From Clostridia bacterium (lineage in GTDB: Bacteria > Bacillota > Clostridia > Oscillospirales > CAG-272): a DNA stretch of 64,000 nt. The stretch lies in assembly GCA_017415805.1 (NCBI GenBank), contig JAFQEC010000008.1, forward strand, positions 644 to 64,643, in the 5' to 3' direction. The notes beneath the pieces were generated by a model. The model saw only the letters and a program-made list of their open reading frames with translations. It was not told the DNA's origin and searched no databases. Both the position numbers and the translations under genes were made by a program. Below, one piece after another: positions 16,938 through 25,781 of this stretch (its first letter is position 1; every line of letters begins with the position of its first letter).

Positions 16938-18464
16938 TTACATAAAATAAATGATCTGCTCGTCGTCGGCATCCAAAATCCGCTTCATCTGGATGCTGTC
17001 ACGCACGCGGCGCGCCACTACGGCACGGAAGCCCATGACCTGAATGGTGATCAGCGGTGTCATGGCGACCATTGCCACAATACCAAACGCATCGCGCAGC
17101 ACTGAGGCCTCACCCTGCAACGCCGCACAAACACCGATGGCAAGCGGCAGAATGAAGCTGGAGGTCAGCGGACCGCTGGCGACCCCGCCCGAGTCAAAGG
17201 CGATGGCGGTATACAGGCGCGGCACGAAGAACGAGAGCGCGAGCGAAATGAAATAACCGGGGATCAGATAATACAGAATGCTGAAATCAAAGCAGATGCG
17301 CAACAGCGAGAGCGCGATCGACACACCGACACCGACCGAGAGTGCCGCGGTCATGGAACGCTTGCTGACCGTTCCGTTGGTGATCTGCTCGACCTGGCGG
17401 TTGAGCACGTGAATGGCAGGCTCGGCGAGCACCACCACAAGGCCGAGCAAAAAGCCAAAGCCCGCAAGCAGCACGGGCGAGTGCCCCGCCAGCGCCTGCC
17501 CGAGCTTGAAGCCGATGGGCATAAAGCCGACCGATACCGCGGACAGAAAAAACACAAGTCCAAAAAAGGTATACCCGATACCGATGCCGATACGCACCAG
17601 CTGTCGGCGCGGCAGACGCAAGCACAGAACTTGCAAAAGCACAAAAAACGCAACCACCAGCCCCAGCGCCAGCGCGACCTCCTCGATCACCGAGAGGACC
17701 GTTTGCAAAAGCGCTGCGCCAAGCCGGGATTCCACCGCATAATCGGGAACCTGATACACAACAGACCCCTGCGAGAAAATACCGAGCGCAAGCACCGCCA
17801 GGATCGGCCCGACCGAGCAAAGAGCCACAAGGCCGAAGCTGTTTTCGCCCGCATCCTTACCGCCCAGCGTGGTTGCAATACCTGCACCGAGTGCCATCAA
17901 AAACGGCACCGTGATGGGGCCTGTGGTCACACCGCCCGAGTCAAATGCAAGGGGCAAAAAATCCGCCTTACCCTGCACGAGTGCGAGCGAGGCCAGCGCG
18001 AACATGAGCATATAAAACAGCATCAGCATGCGTGAGAGCCCCGTTTTGGTAACGATGCGCAGGATGGCCAGCACCAAAAATAGCCCGACGCCAACACCCA
18101 CAAACAAAATCAGGCGGATCGGCTCGACCGCATCCTTGATCTGCGTGGCCAGCACCGAGAGATCGGGCTCGGCGACTGTGATCAAAAGGCCGAACGCAAA
18201 GCTGACGCCCAGCAACACCGTGATACTGCGCGACTTGGAAAGGCCCGTGCCCACCTGCACGCCCATGGGCGTCATGGCAAGATCCGCACCGAGGTTAAAC
18301 AGGCCGATCCCAAGCACGAGAAAAAGCGCCGAGATCAGAAAAACGGCGGTCTCGGTTGCCGAAAAGTGCACCAACGGGGTGAGATTGAGCAGCACCACGA
18401 TGAGTGTGACCGGCAAGACCGAGATCAGCGCCTCGCGCAGCTTGATATAGAGCACCTTTGGCAT
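16938..18464 (-). CDS. DUF1538-family polytopic membrane protein
   Basis: AAGGAGG RBS. Two homologous halves, each with FDSGGV(T/A)(T/S)GP. The classic DUF1538 plus two P-II arrangement. Confidence 0.8.
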   Translation of the reverse strand: MPKVLYIKLREALISVLPVTLIVVLLNLTPLVHFSATETAVFLISALFLVLGIGLFNLGADLAMTPMGVQVGTGLSKSRSITVLLGVSFAFGLLITVAEPDLSVLATQIKDAVEPIRLILFVGVGVGLFLVLAILRIVTKTGLSRMLMLFYMLMFALASLALVQGKADFLPLAFDSGGVTTGPITVPFLMALGAGIATTLGGKDAGENSFGLVALCSVGPILAVLALGIFSQGSVVYQVPDYAVESRLGAALLQTVLSVIEEVALALGLVVAFFVLLQVLCLRLPRRQLVRIGIGIGYTFFGLVFFLSAVSVGFMPIGFKLGQALAGHSPVLLAGFGFLLGLVVVLAEPAIHVLNRQVEQITNGTVSKRSMTAALSVGVGVSIALSLLRICFDFSILYYLIPGYFISLALSFFVPRLYTAIAFDSGGVASGPLTSSFILPLAIGVCAALQGEASVLRDAFGIVAMVAMTPLITIQVMGFRAVVARRVRDSIQMKRILDADDEQIIYFM

Positions 18465-18615
18465 GCGGCCACCTCCTTTTCGTGCATGTTTACTTCTATT
18501 TTAATATAATAGGGGGGCGGTGTCAAGGCAAAACACGATTTTCTTTTTGAACGCACCGTAAATTCAATCCAAGGAACGCCAATCGACATATACTGACAGT
18601 AAAGGAGGTGAAAAC

Positions 18616-18873
18616 ATGCCCATGCACAAGCAAATTCAAGCGAGCTGCATCGCCGCCAGCGGGAGCATGACGCGTGCGGTCCGTGCACAGCGCGCTCTGT
18701 TAGCCGCAGGCATCCGTGCCGAGGTGGTGGCTCTTTCCCCCGAGGACACACGGCAGGGATGCGCCTTTGGTGTGGAATACCCCTGCACCGAGGAGCGCCG
18801 CGCGCGCATCGCTCTGCGCAACGCACGCGTTCCGATCTCACAGTATCTGCAAAAGGAGCGTGACGTTCCGTGA
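18616..18873 (+). CDS. DUF3343-like small protein (putative S/Se carrier-like)
   Basis: AAAGGAGG RBS. 85 aa. GTGA overlap with the cysteine desulfurase gene. Confidence 0.65.
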   Translation: MPMHKQIQASCIAASGSMTRAVRAQRALLAAGIRAEVVALSPEDTRQGCAFGVEYPCTEERRARIALRNARVPISQYLQKERDVP

Positions 18874-19988
18874 TCTATCTTGACAACGCCGCCACCTCCT
18901 TCCCCAAGCCCCGCCCCGTGCGCGAGGCCGTTTTGCGCGCCATGCGTGACTGCGGCGGAAACCCCGGACGGGGCGCGCACCGCCTCTCGCTTGCCGCCGC
19001 GCGCTGTGTCTATGATTGTCGCGAGGCGGTATCCGAGCTTCTGGGGCTGGGCGCGCCCGAGCGCATCGTCTTTACCACGAACACCACGCATGCGCTGAAT
19101 ATAGCCATTAAGGGGCTTTTGCACCGCGGCGATCACGTGCTGATTTCCGAGCTGGAGCACAACGCCGTGCGCCGCCCTCTTTGCCGCCTGACAGAAGCGG
19201 GAGGCGTGAGCTTTGACGTTTTCCCCGTTGCAGGAAGATCCACAGAAGAGATCCTTGCGGCGCTTTCCGAGCGTTGCCTGCCGCACACACGGGCGGTGAT
19301 TTGCACGCACGCATCCAACATTTGCTCGCTCACGCTCCCGCTTGCCGCCATCGGCTCCTTTTGCCGCGCGCACGGATTGCTGTTTTTGGTGGATGCCGCA
19401 CAGAGCGCGGGGCACCTGCCCATCGACATGAAATCCATGCAGATCGACGCCCTCGCCGCACCCGGACACAAGGGATTGCTTGGTATTTCGGGGTGCGGAA
19501 TACTTGCCCTGGGAGAAGGGATCCTGCCCGAAACGCTCACAGAAGGGGGGAGTGGCGTGCATTCCATGAGTGCGCGCATGCCCGACGAGCCACCTGAACG
19601 CTATGAGGCAGGCACGCTCCCCGTGCCCGCGATCGCATCGCTTCGCGCAGGGATCGATTTTTTGCGCGAGCGCGGGCTTGATACCGTTCGCGCAAAAGAG
19701 GAGGAGTTGTTTTGCTCCCTGCGTGACCGTCTCTCCTCTTTGCCCGACGTCACGCTCTACGCTCCCGAAGCAGTTGGCGCAGTACTGCTGTTCAATCGCA
19801 AGGGTGTAGCGCCTGCGGCGGTGGCGCGCGAGCTTGACAATTGCGGCATTTGCGTGCGCGCAGGGCTGCACTGTGCGCCGCTTGCACACGCCGCGCTCGG
19901 CACACCCGAGGGGGGCGCGGTACGCATCAGCCTCGGACCGCTGAACACGGTGCGCGATGCCGACGCACTCTGGCGCGCGCTCAAATGA
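18870..19988 (+). CDS. class V aminotransferase / cysteine desulfurase family protein
   Basis: The N-terminus IYLDNAATSFPKP and the PLP region (APGHKGLLG) are typical of the family. Confidence 0.9.
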   Translation: MIYLDNAATSFPKPRPVREAVLRAMRDCGGNPGRGAHRLSLAAARCVYDCREAVSELLGLGAPERIVFTTNTTHALNIAIKGLLHRGDHVLISELEHNAVRRPLCRLTEAGGVSFDVFPVAGRSTEEILAALSERCLPHTRAVICTHASNICSLTLPLAAIGSFCRAHGLLFLVDAAQSAGHLPIDMKSMQIDALAAPGHKGLLGISGCGILALGEGILPETLTEGGSGVHSMSARMPDEPPERYEAGTLPVPAIASLRAGIDFLRERGLDTVRAKEEELFCSLRDRLSSLPDVTLYAPEAVGAVLLFNRKGVAPAAVARELDNCGICVRAGLHCAPLAHAALGTPEGGAVRISLGPLNTVRDADALWRALK

Positions 19989-20049
19989 TACGCCGAGCTC
20001 CGCGAACCGAGGGGCAACGCAGCACTCGCGCGCAGATTGTACGCACAAA

Positions 20050-20092
20050 AGAAGAAGGGCCACCGCGTTGCGGTGGCCCTGTTTATTATTTG
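20050..20092. terminator. bidirectional hairpin terminator
   Basis: Stem AGGGCCACCGC / GCGGTGGCCCT followed by GTTTATTATTT. Confidence 0.8.
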
Positions 20093-20095
20093 GAA

Positions 20096-21718
20096 TTAGT
20101 CTTCTTTCTTGTCTTCCTCAACGGGAGCGTCCTCAACAACGGGAGCGTCCTCAACAACGGGAGCATCTGCTTCCGCTGCGTCGCCTTCGATGACAATGTC
20201 AGCGTCGGCTGCGCCCTTCTTCTTTTTGAGGATGATGATCACCGCAACGGCAGCACCGCCGCCAACGACCACAACACTACCAACAATGATGAGAATCAGT
20301 GCCCAGACGGGGAGCTTGTCTTCGGTCTGTGTAGGCTTCTTGTTGCCCGAGCCGACGAGATTTGCAATGAACTGCTCATTCTGCTCTTGCGTGAGGAAGT
20401 GGCTGTAGTCAAATCCCGACTCGCTGTCGTCAACCTCTGCCATCTTGATCACGGCTCTCTTCAGTGCCAGAATGGCATCATCCTGCCAGGTTGCCTTCAA
20501 CACGCCGTCCTGACCGGTAATTCCATCCGCACCGGTGGTGATGGTGGCCGCATCGGTAACCAAATGCTTCTCGAGTGCGTTTTCGATGCGCGCCGCATCC
20601 ACATATGCCCACTGCCAGCTCGGCATGCTGCCCATCGTGGGAAGCTGCGCATAGTTGATGATCGCCACTTGCTTGTAGGATTCCACAAAGTCGATCGCCA
20701 AATAGGTGTTTGCAGGAGTATAGTTCGCCTCTTGCGTATAATCCTGCTTATGCTGATAATCCTGAATGGGATTGCCTTGTCCGTCTACGGGCGCCCACTC
20801 GTTAAGATATGTATTTTGATTGTAACGGTGGGGAACAGCGGTAGCGGGAACATGAATGGTTGCATTGCCGTCCGCAACCTCTGTGCCGGAAGGAGTATTG
20901 CAGCCGTTGCTGAACAGAGTAACGATCTTCTCGTTCAGATCACCGCTGGACGTGATCGTCTCCTCTGCCAAAACGTAGCCGCTCTCGGCAATGGCCCAGG
21001 TGCAACGCGTGTTGCCAAGGTTGTAGTTCTTATTTTCGCTGTTATAAACCGCAACGATCTTTACATCCTTCACGTGCTCAAGGTTCGTCGCACGGTCCGC
21101 GCTGATGTTTTGGTTGATCTCCACGCCGGTGGAGTTGTCCGTGCCCTTCAAATAATGCTCGCGGAACTTGGGGAAGGTCACGATCTCGTTCGAAGAATCG
21201 CCGGAAATTTTGCCGGGAGCACCAAGGCTGGTGCCGTTTCTGTCGCAAGCCAAAACGGTATCCGGAGTCCACACCCAGATGATACCGATCTCACCGGGCT
21301 GAAGCGTTGCCGCCGGATCGTTATAGCCGGGGTTTTGAATGTCGGGACGCCCATCAACCACTGCCGTGATGGGAATACTTGCCTCGAACTTATGCTTTGC
21401 ACCGCCGTCGATCACGATCTTTCTTTCGGCAGAGTAGAGCAGCGTATAATTGTACAGGCTCACGGGCTGAGTGCCTGCGTTGTAGACCTCAATGTAGTCA
21501 TACACATCCTTATACAGAGTGGTGGCCGTGTTCTCGTCCACAGACTTCATGTCCCACTCAAAGCAAGTGGAGTTCCAGCAGACCTCGGTCACCAGCAGTG
21601 TGGGGACGTCCGCATCGGTCGTTTTGTCTACAGTCTCGGTCGCTGCTGCTACAGGAAGCACAGCAAGAACAGAAACCATCATGAGTACGGCGAGGATCGC
21701 CGCCAGGAATTTACGCAT
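20096..21718 (-). CDS. type I membrane surface protein with lamin-tail-domain-like N-terminal module and acidic repeat tail
   Basis: Start at MRKFLAAIL with an AAGGAAGG RBS. Signal peptide. LVTEV...YIEVYNAG...LYNYTL resembles an LTD. C-terminal TM helix followed by DAPVVE repeats. Confidence 0.55.
   Translation of the reverse strand: MRKFLAAILAVLMMVSVLAVLPVAAATETVDKTTDADVPTLLVTEVCWNSTCFEWDMKSVDENTATTLYKDVYDYIEVYNAGTQPVSLYNYTLLYSAERKIVIDGGAKHKFEASIPITAVVDGRPDIQNPGYNDPAATLQPGEIGIIWVWTPDTVLACDRNGTSLGAPGKISGDSSNEIVTFPKFREHYLKGTDNSTGVEINQNISADRATNLEHVKDVKIVAVYNSENKNYNLGNTRCTWAIAESGYVLAEETITSSGDLNEKIVTLFSNGCNTPSGTEVADGNATIHVPATAVPHRYNQNTYLNEWAPVDGQGNPIQDYQHKQDYTQEANYTPANTYLAIDFVESYKQVAIINYAQLPTMGSMPSWQWAYVDAARIENALEKHLVTDAATITTGADGITGQDGVLKATWQDDAILALKRAVIKMAEVDDSESGFDYSHFLTQEQNEQFIANLVGSGNKKPTQTEDKLPVWALILIIVGSVVVVGGGAAVAVIIILKKKKGAADADIVIEGDAAEADAPVVEDAPVVEDAPVEEDKKED
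20113..20164. repeat. 18-bp in-frame tandem repeat inside the surface-protein gene
   Basis: GTCCTCAACAACGGGAGC x2 plus one partial copy. It encodes APVVED repeats. Confidence 0.85.
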
Positions 21719-21967
21719 GGTTAGCACCTTCCTTATTGGATTTTGTACCCCCATTATAATATAGTTTTTGTGGTTTGTCAATAAGTTTTTTGAATCGCAT
21801 GCCCATTTTTGTTTATTTTATGCAAAACAGTGACACGATGGGCGGTTTGGTTACCGTTTTGAAACATTTGCGAAAGAAATCGGCCATTTATGGGGTGCGA
21901 TTCTGCCACCGCGGATGCTTCGCACACGTGCGAAAATAAGAAATGGCAAAAATTTCACAAAATAGGC

Positions 21968-21996
21968 TTGAAAAGCAAGCAAAAATGTGCTACAAT
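21968..21996 (+). promoter_or_regulatory. sigma-A type promoter with extended -10
   Basis: TTGAAA, 17-nt spacer, TGCTACAAT. Confidence 0.6.
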
Positions 21997-22050
21997 AACA
22001 GAGAACCGGGTCTACATCCCCAAAAAACAAAGAACGGAAGGTAAACAACA

Positions 22051-23163
22051 ATGGCAAAAACCAACATCGTCGATTGGAAAACAATCACAAACTTCGTGAT
22101 CGACTCCTTTGTCGGCTACGGCATTCCCCGCGAGGATGCCGAGATCTGCGCAGACGTTCTGCTTGAGAGCGACAAGCGCGGCATCGAATCGCACGGCGTC
22201 AACCGCTTTAAGCCGATCTACCTCGATCGCATCAAGGCGGGAATCCAGAACCCCGTCACAAACTTTGAGGTCATCAAGGAGACCGAGACGACCGCCGTGG
22301 TCGACGGTCACGACGGCATGGGCCAGGTCATCGGCTACAAGGCGATGCGCATGGCCATCGACAAGGCAAAGAAATACGGCATGGGCATGGTCGTGGTACG
22401 CAACTCCTGCCACTACGGCATCGCAGGCTACTACCCCTGGATGTCCTGCAAGGAAGGATGCATCGGTATCACGGGCACCAACGCGCGCCCCTCGGTTGCT
22501 CCCACCTTTGGTGTTGAGGGCATGTTCGGTACCAACCCCCTGACCATCGGCATCCCCACCGACGAGGACTTTGACTTCATCATCGACTGCGCCACCTCCA
22601 CCACCCAGAACGGCAAGGTCGAGTACTATGCGCGTATCGGCGAGAACGTGCACCCCGGCACCATCATCGCTCTGGACGGCAGTGCCGTTGAGGGCGATGC
22701 AAGCGAGGCTCTGAAGATGATCCGTAACGGCACGGCTGCTCTCACCACGCTGGGCGGCATCGGCGAAGAGATGGCAGGCTACAAGGGCTATGGCTACGCC
22801 ATGGTCGTGGAGCTGCTCTCCGCTTGCCTGCAGGACGGCTGGTACGGCAAGGATCTGGACGGCAAGGACGAAAACGGCAAGATCCGCCCCTATCACCTCG
22901 GCCACTTCTTCATCGCGATCGACACCGAGCACTTCCTCGGCGAGAAGGCTTGCCGCGAAAAGGCGGGCGAGATCATCCGTTCGGTCCGCGCCTCGAAGAA
23001 GGCTCCCGGCGCAGAGCGCATCTACACCGCAGGCGAGAAGGAGCACATGGTGCGTCTGGCCCGCAAGGACGGTGTGCCGATCAACGAGTCGGTGCAGAAG
23101 GAGATCATCGCCGTTCGCGACGAGCTGGGTCTCACGCAGTACAAGTTCCCCTGGGAAGCATAA
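22051..23163 (+). CDS. Ldh family (malate/L-lactate dehydrogenase family 2) oxidoreductase
   Basis: Typical blocks are present: ESDKRGIESHGVNRF, HYGIAGYY, GGIGEEMAGYKGYG. Confidence 0.85.
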   Translation: MAKTNIVDWKTITNFVIDSFVGYGIPREDAEICADVLLESDKRGIESHGVNRFKPIYLDRIKAGIQNPVTNFEVIKETETTAVVDGHDGMGQVIGYKAMRMAIDKAKKYGMGMVVVRNSCHYGIAGYYPWMSCKEGCIGITGTNARPSVAPTFGVEGMFGTNPLTIGIPTDEDFDFIIDCATSTTQNGKVEYYARIGENVHPGTIIALDGSAVEGDASEALKMIRNGTAALTTLGGIGEEMAGYKGYGYAMVVELLSACLQDGWYGKDLDGKDENGKIRPYHLGHFFIAIDTEHFLGEKACREKAGEIIRSVRASKKAPGAERIYTAGEKEHMVRLARKDGVPINESVQKEIIAVRDELGLTQYKFPWEA

Positions 23164-23180
23164 GTTTCCCTATTATACAA

Positions 23181-23216
23181 CACAGGCGGCACGTAATGTG
23201 CCGCCTGTGCTTTTTA
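23181..23216. terminator. bidirectional hairpin terminator
   Basis: Stem CACAGGCGGCAC / GTGCCGCCTGTG followed by CTTTTT. Confidence 0.85.
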
Positions 23217-24746
23217 AGGGATCATCAAGTATTTTGTATCGGCAAGCGACTCCGGTGCTCCGGGCGCTTCGGCAGAGATGCCGTTCGCGGCGGCCAGTAC
23301 CTCGGGCGACATTCCATAGCGCTTGCTCACATCCCAGAGCGTTTCGCCCGCTGACGGATAGCAGATCTCCAGATCGGTACGCGTCTCGGACGGTGCAGGT
23401 ACAAAGCGCGCCTCGGTCAGAACACGTTGGGGCTCGGTGCGCGCCGCACGCAAGGCAAGCTGCACCTCGGCATCCGCGCGCAGTGCTCCGTTTGTGGCAC
23501 CTACGCGGCAGATCGGCACGCAGCATGAAAGCGCAAGCTCCTCACAGCTCTCGTCCAAAACAGTGCGGAACGGTATCGAAAAATCCGCAACGCCGTACCC
23601 GTCACCGCCACGGTACAGAGCATGACAGTGAAGCTCGCCCGAGAGAACGGTGCGTCCGCCGTCAGTGCTTCGCTCACGCATCTCCGCCTCGGCAACGGCA
23701 TCCAAGATCTCTGCCCCTGCAGGAACGGAGAGCCCCTCGACAGGCACCTCTCCTGCGACGCTGAAGTGACGGTTCCCACAACCGCCTGCGCGCCAGAGCG
23801 ACTCCTCCGAAAAGCGACATTCGGCTACCGTCCCGGGGGCAAACAGATCCCGTGTGAGAACAACAGGCTCCTCGCTCTGCCCCTCGACCGCAAGCACGAG
23901 CTGCACGTCGACATTGAGCTTGCCCTCCTCCACGGCGGTGCGGATCCCCCCCACCGTTCCCATGGCACGGGCGCGGCAATCGGGCATGATCCCCTCCAAT
24001 GCAACCTCGCGCTCAAACGGAATACGGCGCGTGATCGCCAAGGGCGGGCACTGTGCGCCCTCCTCACCCTCGCGGCAGACCAGAAAGGTCAGCACTGCCT
24101 CGCCGCGACAGCGCACGGCATCGGAAAGTGCCGCAACCTCGGGCAAAAACACCGTGCCGTGCGCGCCGATCACACGCAGATCCCCTTCCGTCTCCACGGG
24201 CACACTGTCCGCAACCTCAAAGGTCTCGCCGCCGCCCGTAAACAGCCGCCCATTTTCACCAACTGTGCAAAGACGCTCGATCTTCTCCTCGGCAACCCCC
24301 GTGGTTCGTGGGGCGAGATCCTTCACGGCATAGCCGCAGATCCGCGCGTGCAAGCGGCAACGCACCGAGAGCTTACGCGGCGCGGCCACGCGGCTGACGA
24401 CCGCGTCGGTCACAAGCTCCGCCGTCAGCTCAACGCCCGCAGACGCATCGTACCCCGCAAGCGTATCAAGCGGCACCGAGAAGGCATAGCTGTCCTCAAG
24501 ATCCGTGCTGTACAGACCGCCGTCAGGGCCCACGTACAGCATCTCATAATGCACTCCGCCCGAAAAATCGGCCTTCCCGCCCCCGACAAAGCGCGCAGGC
24601 GGCAAAAACGTGGGGCGCACCCACAGCAGTCGGCTGATCTCACTGCGGTAATCGGGCAGCATAAACTCTGCCGTCAGCTCCAACGGCAGCGTCTTTTCGG
24701 TGAATTTGAGCTGTACGCGCCCGTTTTGTTCCTCATTTCTATCCAT
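23214..24746 (-). CDS. DUF3794 (SipL SPOCS-type) repeat protein with C-terminal LysM domain
   Basis: AAGGAGAGGG RBS. Repeated beta-rich modules. C-terminal LysM (YPSAGETLWDVSKRYGMSPEVLAAANGI). Confidence 0.65.
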   Translation of the reverse strand: MDRNEEQNGRVQLKFTEKTLPLELTAEFMLPDYRSEISRLLWVRPTFLPPARFVGGGKADFSGGVHYEMLYVGPDGGLYSTDLEDSYAFSVPLDTLAGYDASAGVELTAELVTDAVVSRVAAPRKLSVRCRLHARICGYAVKDLAPRTTGVAEEKIERLCTVGENGRLFTGGGETFEVADSVPVETEGDLRVIGAHGTVFLPEVAALSDAVRCRGEAVLTFLVCREGEEGAQCPPLAITRRIPFEREVALEGIMPDCRARAMGTVGGIRTAVEEGKLNVDVQLVLAVEGQSEEPVVLTRDLFAPGTVAECRFSEESLWRAGGCGNRHFSVAGEVPVEGLSVPAGAEILDAVAEAEMRERSTDGGRTVLSGELHCHALYRGGDGYGVADFSIPFRTVLDESCEELALSCCVPICRVGATNGALRADAEVQLALRAARTEPQRVLTEARFVPAPSETRTDLEICYPSAGETLWDVSKRYGMSPEVLAAANGISAEAPGAPESLADTKYLMIP

Positions 24747-24824
24747 AGCAACCCTCTCCTTTGCTCCAAAATCATTTCTACCTTATGCAAAGGAGCGCGA
24801 GAATATGAAAAACACTCGCGCCGT

Positions 24825-24879
24825 ACCCGTACCAAAGCAAAAGGGAGCGCAACGCGCTCCCTTTTGCTTTGGTACGGGT
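24825..24879 (-). terminator. 26-bp perfect hairpin; the inner part is a bidirectional terminator and the outer arm includes the tRNA-Leu 3' end
   Basis: 24826-24849 pairs perfectly with 24855-24878, plus A24825:T24879. The right arm covers the last 10 nt of the tRNA, including CCA. Confidence 0.7.
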
Positions 24880-24952
24880 GACAGGGGTCGAACCTGCACG
24901 AATAAACACAAGATCCTAAATCTTGCGCGTCTGCCAATTCCGCCACACCCGC
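24870..24952 (-). tRNA. tRNA-Leu (anticodon TAG), CCA encoded
   Basis: Hand-folded cloverleaf. Acceptor GCGGGTG/CACCCGT. Anticodon stem CAAGA/TCTTG with loop TTTAGGA. T arm GCAGG-TTCGACC-CCTGT. Long variable region. Confidence 0.85.
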
Positions 24953-24964
24953 GTGACCTTTCCT

Positions 24965-24993
24965 ATCATATCACGCAAATACCGTTTTGTCAA
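24965..24993 (-). promoter_or_regulatory. sigma-A type promoter of tRNA-Leu
   Basis: TTGACA, 17-nt spacer, TATGAT. The -10 element ends 13 nt upstream of the mature 5' end. Confidence 0.7.
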
Positions 24994-25121
24994 GTACCAA
25001 ACCGCGGGCAAAAAAATGCATTTCTCCCTTTGACAAAGCGTGTGCGGGGTGTTATAATAAAATCAGAGGACGCGAGCAAGCGATCCCGACAAAACGCTGT
25101 ACACGAAAAGGAGGGCGCATT

Positions 25122-25742
25122 ATGGCAAAGTTCACTGTAACCATCGCACGCGGCTTCGGCAGTGGCGGTCGCACCATCGGAAAAATGCTGGCCGAACGAC
25201 TGGGGATCCCCTTCTACGACCGAGATCTTGTGCGTTTGGCATCCGAGGAAAGCGGCATCAACGAGGCACTGTTTGACAAAGCAGACGAATACAAAAGAGC
25301 CGCGCTGTTCGGGCGCTATGACCGTGCCTTTGGCGAGCGACTCATCTCGCCCGAGAGCGGTGAATTCACCTCGGATGACAACCTCTTTAATTACCAGGCA
25401 AAGATCATCAAGGATCTCGCCGCGCGCGAGAGCTGTGTGATCGTGGGGCGCTGCGCCGACTATATTCTGCGCGATACCCCGAACGTTCTGCGTGCCTTTA
25501 TCTATGCCCCCGCCGAGAGCTGCATCCGCACGGTATCGGAAATGTACGGCATTTCGCCAAAGGACGCGGAGCGTCAGATCGAGCGCATCGATCGCGCACG
25601 CAGCGCCTACTACCGCTATTACACAGGGCAGGAATGGGATAACGCCCGCAATTACGATCTGTGTCTGAACACCGCAGAGCTCGGCTTTGCGCGCTGTGTC
25701 GATCTCATCGAGCACCATTTGAGGGTGCTGTACCAAAGCTAA
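25122..25742 (+). CDS. cytidylate kinase-like family P-loop protein
   Basis: Start at MAKFTVTIARGFGSGGRTIG with an AAAGGAGGG RBS. The family pattern is GxGSGG followed by LGIPFYDRDL. Confidence 0.75.
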   Translation: MAKFTVTIARGFGSGGRTIGKMLAERLGIPFYDRDLVRLASEESGINEALFDKADEYKRAALFGRYDRAFGERLISPESGEFTSDDNLFNYQAKIIKDLAARESCVIVGRCADYILRDTPNVLRAFIYAPAESCIRTVSEMYGISPKDAERQIERIDRARSAYYRYYTGQEWDNARNYDLCLNTAELGFARCVDLIEHHLRVLYQS

Positions 25743-25744
25743 AG

Positions 25745-25781
25745 CAAAAAAGCCGCGTGTCTTTGACACGCGGCTTTTTGC
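25745..25781. terminator. bidirectional hairpin terminator
   Basis: Stem AGCCGCGTGTC / GACACGCGGCT flanked by an A-run and a T-run. Confidence 0.85.

Noticed and set aside
18636-21724. Long ORFs 18636-20063 (minus strand, 475 aa) and 19841-21724 (plus strand, 627 aa)
   Set aside because: They are antisense to the cysteine desulfurase gene and the LTD-like surface protein gene respectively. Their compositions are typical of GC-rich shadow frames.
24747-24993. tRNA-Leu and tRNA-Gln (58502-58576) as integration hotspots for mobile elements
   Set aside because: No integrase, recombinase, transposase or direct repeat of the tRNA 3' end is visible on either side within the window. The only extra copy is the inverted one, reported as a finding.
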